Below are positions 60,685-64,000 of a DNA stretch of 64,000 nt, piece after piece. A program made the translations under genes and the position numbers. Source of the stretch: Nitrospirota bacterium (GTDB lineage Bacteria; Nitrospirota; UBA9217). The notes beneath the pieces were generated by a model. That model did not search any database, had not been told where the DNA came from, and saw only the letters and a list, made by a program, of their open reading frames with translations. Position 1 is the first letter of the stretch, and each line of letters opens with the position of its first letter. The stretch is from the NCBI GenBank assembly GCA_963663225.1, contig OY760142.1, forward strand, positions 2,368,001-2,432,000. The letters run 5' to 3'.

Positions 60685-61164
60685 ATGTTTGAATATGCGA
60701 ATTTTTTTAAAAAATTATTTTTTAAAAAAGGGTTTACAATTATTGAGGTTATGGTTGTTATAATAATTGCAGCAATATTAAGCAGCATTGCTTTGCCTTC
60801 GTATATCGAGTGGCGCAAATCTATACAATATCATGCATCGGCGCGAAGCATTGTCCTTGCTTTCCGAGAAGCAAGAGCCAGAGCTATAGCCAGTAATTAT
60901 GAACATCGGATAGAATTTGAAAATGCAAATAGAAGATTTCGCATAATGAGAGGAAATCGGGCAAGTTCCAGCTCGGATTGGAGCACAGTAGTTAGCAGCT
61001 GGTATGTTCTTCCACAAGAAGTCTGCATGCATGCAAACGTGACGAAAATTCACTTAAATCCCATGGGGACAGCAAACGCTGGTACTGTTGCGATTCAGGA
61101 TGAGAATGGACAAATAAAATGTCAAGTCCGAATATTAAGCACGGGCCGCGCCCGTATTCTCTAG
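60685..61164 (+). CDS. fimT: Third, stand-alone FimT/FimU-like minor pilin
   Basis: KKG/FTIIEV...IALP, FREARARAI, GTA, TGR. Confidence 0.75.
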   Translation: MFEYANFFKKLFFKKGFTIIEVMVVIIIAAILSSIALPSYIEWRKSIQYHASARSIVLAFREARARAIASNYEHRIEFENANRRFRIMRGNRASSSSDWSTVVSSWYVLPQEVCMHANVTKIHLNPMGTANAGTVAIQDENGQIKCQVRILSTGRARIL

Positions 61165-61287
61165 CTCGTTGTGTAGGCAAATACCAAACAGTATATTGAA
61201 AATAAATTTTTCATTCTTGACGAACTATGATGCATCACGTAATATAATATTGTACTTTAATCCTATTCTAGGATTTTCGGTGAGTGA

Positions 61288-62007
61288 ATGGATTTGATCG
61301 CTGACGGTTTCTCAAAAGCCTTTGATCTGATATTTCATTTTGATCCGGAATTGCTCGCTATCATTTTTTTGTCTCTGAAAGTATCCGGTCTAGCCCTCTT
61401 GATTGCAACGTTGTTTGGTGTTCCCCTTGGTGCCATAGTAGCATTAAAACGCATTCCCGCAAAAGGTATCCTTATCAGCCTCCTGAATACGTTGATGAGC
61501 CTCCCCTCGGTCGTTGTCGGCCTTTTTGTATATCTCATGCTTTCGCGAAGTGGGCCACTCGGGTTTCTTGGTCTTCTCTATACACCCGGCGCGATGATCG
61601 TTGCACAAACTATTCTTGCATTTCCCATTGTTATGTCACTCTCCCGTTCCGCTGTAGTGAGTGTCGATCCTCTTATCCGCCAGGCTGCCATGACTCTCGG
61701 GGCATCGCCTTCCCAGGTAACACGGACAGTAATAGCCGAGGCACGATACGGAATTCTGACGGCTGTTGTAGCGGCCTTCGGAAGAGTTATCGCCGAAGTC
61801 GGTGCTATTCTTATTGTTGGTGGCAATATTGCCGGACTCACGAGAGCCATGACTACGGCTATCGCTCTGGAAACGGACAAGGGGAATTTTGAGCTTGCGC
61901 TTGCACTTGGCATCATTCTTCTGATACTGTCATTGTTGATCAATCTCGTGCTGCATATGATCCAAAGAAAAGGGGCAGCAGATACGGAGCAATGGACCTG
62001 GACCTGA
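61288..62007 (+). CDS. tupB: Tungstate ABC transporter permease
   Basis: LPSVVVGL..Y..LSRSGPLG, AFGR..AEVG, GGNI, TTAIALET.KG. Confidence 0.85.
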   Translation: MDLIADGFSKAFDLIFHFDPELLAIIFLSLKVSGLALLIATLFGVPLGAIVALKRIPAKGILISLLNTLMSLPSVVVGLFVYLMLSRSGPLGFLGLLYTPGAMIVAQTILAFPIVMSLSRSAVVSVDPLIRQAAMTLGASPSQVTRTVIAEARYGILTAVVAAFGRVIAEVGAILIVGGNIAGLTRAMTTAIALETDKGNFELALALGIILLILSLLINLVLHMIQRKGAADTEQWTWT

Positions 62008-62654
62008 ACCTGAAGATAACCGATATACAAAAAAAGTATAACGGTAAAAACATACTCCAAAATTGCACGTTTAATTTTGAACCGGGCGGAGTGTATGCTC
62101 TCATGGGCCCGAATGGGTGCGGGAAATCGACACTGCTCAGGATATGCGCTCTTCTGGAGCCGCCTGACCACGGTGCCGTTGTTTTTTCTTCGGCGGGGAA
62201 TATGCTGCCGCATGATCTTGCTTTGAGACGCAAATTAACGCTTGTCCTGCCACGGGTAGGGGTGTTTAATACGACAGTATTTAAAAATATTGCTTATGGT
62301 TTGACGATGCGGGGCAGGGAAAAGAATGAGCGTGTCAGGTTGGTATCCGTGGTTCTCGATGCCGTAAGGCTGACGCATAAGCAACATCAAAATGCCTTGA
62401 CGCTTTCGAGTGGAGAAACGCAGCGGCTTGGCATTGCGCGTGCCATGGTACTGGATCCGGATATGCTGTTTCTGGATGAACCAACTGCGTTTATTGATGA
62501 AGAGAATACCGCTATTATAGAACGTAGTATTCTTGATTTAAAACGAGCCGGCAAGACAACGGTTATCTTGTCAACCCATGACCGTGATCAGGCAGAACGC
62601 CTGGCGGATCAAGTACTTCTGATGCAAAACGGTGCCATACTGAATAAACCCTGA
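61992..62654 (+). CDS. tupC: Tungstate ABC transporter ATPase
   Basis: GPNGCGKST, LSSGE, LDEPT, TH; overlaps tupB. Confidence 0.75.
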   Translation: MDLDLNLKITDIQKKYNGKNILQNCTFNFEPGGVYALMGPNGCGKSTLLRICALLEPPDHGAVVFSSAGNMLPHDLALRRKLTLVLPRVGVFNTTVFKNIAYGLTMRGREKNERVRLVSVVLDAVRLTHKQHQNALTLSSGETQRLGIARAMVLDPDMLFLDEPTAFIDEENTAIIERSILDLKRAGKTTVILSTHDRDQAERLADQVLLMQNGAILNKP

Positions 62655-62676
62655 TTCGTAAATACGGTCAACTTCT

Positions 62677-63255
62677 ATGAACATTCCCATTATTCTTGCA
62701 TCCAGATCTCCACGTCGCAAAAACCTCCTTCATCAGATAGGCCTAAATTTTACTATAGACGAAACAGACGTAGATGAGCGGGTTCTGTCGGGTGAAAAAG
62801 CACCGGCTTATGCTGTACGAGTTGCCGTCGACAAGGCAAAAGCAGTCAGTTCTCGGAGAAACACAGGTATTATTATTGCTGCTGATACGGTGGTAGTGCT
62901 CAAGAGTGTAATTCTAGGAAAACCGTTGGACATCCATGATGCAGAACGAATGCTCACCATGCTCTCCGGCAGAACGCATACGGTAATCACCGGCCTTGCC
63001 GTGTTGGACGCAGGCAGTGGTACTATGCAAACTGGAAGCGCCACCACAAAAGTGCGATTTCTTGCAGTAACGCAGGAACAAATCACATCATATCTAAAAA
63101 CAGGAGAACCTCTTGATAAAGCAGGGGCATATGGTATTCAGGGAAAAGGTGCTCTTCTGGTTGATAGAATAGAAGGTTGTTATACTAATGTTGTAGGCTT
63201 GCCATTATCACTTCTGGGTCGTATGCTTTCTCGTTTTGGAATCAAGCTGCCTTAA
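62677..63255 (+). CDS. maf: Maf family nucleoside triphosphate pyrophosphatase (YhdE-like)
   Basis: LASRSPRR, ADTVV, GKP, DKAGAYGIQG, NVVGLP. Confidence 0.93.
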   Translation: MNIPIILASRSPRRKNLLHQIGLNFTIDETDVDERVLSGEKAPAYAVRVAVDKAKAVSSRRNTGIIIAADTVVVLKSVILGKPLDIHDAERMLTMLSGRTHTVITGLAVLDAGSGTMQTGSATTKVRFLAVTQEQITSYLKTGEPLDKAGAYGIQGKGALLVDRIEGCYTNVVGLPLSLLGRMLSRFGIKLP

Positions 63256-63325
63256 ATATCTTGTTTATTTTGCAAACTGGAATTCAATTGCTTATTTGTC
63301 CGGAAAAAAATACTTTTTTCCTACC

Positions 63326-63354
63326 TTGACAAGCTTCATATCCCATTCTACACT
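63326..63354 (+). promoter_or_regulatory. sigma70-type promoter of the LuxR-family regulator
   Basis: TTGACA-17 nt-TACACT. Confidence 0.6.
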
Positions 63355-63411
63355 AATATACAGAATACTTTTTTTCTGACATATCTAAAACTAATGCTGG
63401 AGGGTGGGGCA

Positions 63412-64000
63412 ATGATGGATAAGATTCGAATTATGCTGGTTGAAAACGATCCCGTTCATCAGCAGGAGATGGCTGCAGTCTTCGCCGCACAAAGCGATAT
63501 TGAAGTTATATCAATGGTTACGACGCGGGAGACAGCTGTCAAACAACTATCAACTGTTCCCGATATTCTGTTCCTGAACCCGGTTGTTCTGAAAGAACAT
63601 ACCTTTTCCCGGTTTATTCGCTCAGTGCATACCAAATCACCGCATACAAGAGTGATGCTTTATTTGACGGATGTGCCATCGGATGAGAGCCTGATCTCCG
63701 ATATTCGGTTGGGTATGAGGGGATATGTGAAACATACCGATTCGCCGGACATCGTACTGAAAGCTGCCCGTGCAGTGCATGAAGGTGAAATATGGGCCGA
63801 ACGCAGAATTCTCGAAAAAGCCATCGCGAAACCCATGATTTTGCCGGAAACTCTACAGGTACAGGTGCCTGGACTTTCTCCCCTTACAAACAGAGAAACG
63901 GAAATGCTTACCATGGTGTTGCAGGGCGCCTCGAACCGGGAGATTGCGAGCAGAAGCAGTATAAGCGAGCGGACCGTCAAAACGCACCTTTACCGCGTTT
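63412..64000 (+). CDS. NarL/LuxR-family regulator with atypical receiver domain (runs off the right edge)
   Basis: Manual translation: MMDKIRIMLVEND...PDILFLN...GYVK...GEIWAERR...LTNRETEML...GASNREIA...ISERTVKTHL. Confidence 0.85.
   Translation, partial: MMDKIRIMLVENDPVHQQEMAAVFAAQSDIEVISMVTTRETAVKQLSTVPDILFLNPVVLKEHTFSRFIRSVHTKSPHTRVMLYLTDVPSDESLISDIRLGMRGYVKHTDSPDIVLKAARAVHEGEIWAERRILEKAIAKPMILPETLQVQVPGLSPLTNRETEMLTMVLQGASNREIASRSSISERTVKTHLYRV

Overview
A 64 kb bacterial chromosomal segment; gene content (Geobacter-type PilA, futalosine mqnC/mqnE, bioW, phoH-7TM-HD-ybeY-dgkA) suggests a Nitrospirota- or Desulfobacterota-like organism (inference only). From left to right: (1) ~1-14.2 kb, an AT-rich surface-glycan cluster with a complete GDP-D-glycero-alpha-D-manno-heptose pathway (gmhA, gmhB, hddA, hddC), a Cj1427-like C4 oxidase, a ColD-like PLP C3 dehydratase, an Fcl/ColC-like reductase, an atypical split transketolase, and a GtrB-like GT2, flippase-like protein and large polytopic membrane protein. 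(2) A BirA-controlled bioB-bioW-bioF-SDR-bioD operon with no bioA. (3) DUF62, miaB, mtaB and, on the opposite strand, a futalosine operon. (4) A sigma54-driven pilA followed by pilH/I/G(xap)-like genes. (5) Housekeeping and signalling genes, including dnaB with a four-Cys insert and two tandem TPR-cNMP proteins. (6) Two paralogous sigma54-driven type IV pilus tip cassettes (pilV-W-X-small secreted protein-pilY1-Ig lipoprotein-fimT) plus a third fimT. (7) tupBC, maf and a partial pseudo-receiver LuxR regulator. The most novel-looking signals are a free-standing secreted copy of the PilY1 vWA insertion domain in each pilus cassette, and a probable lipid-carrier (undecaprenyl-phosphate) transfer system for an unusual deoxy or branched heptose. 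No rRNA, tRNA, CRISPR or mobile element was seen. All family assignments come from motifs read by eye; no database searches were run.
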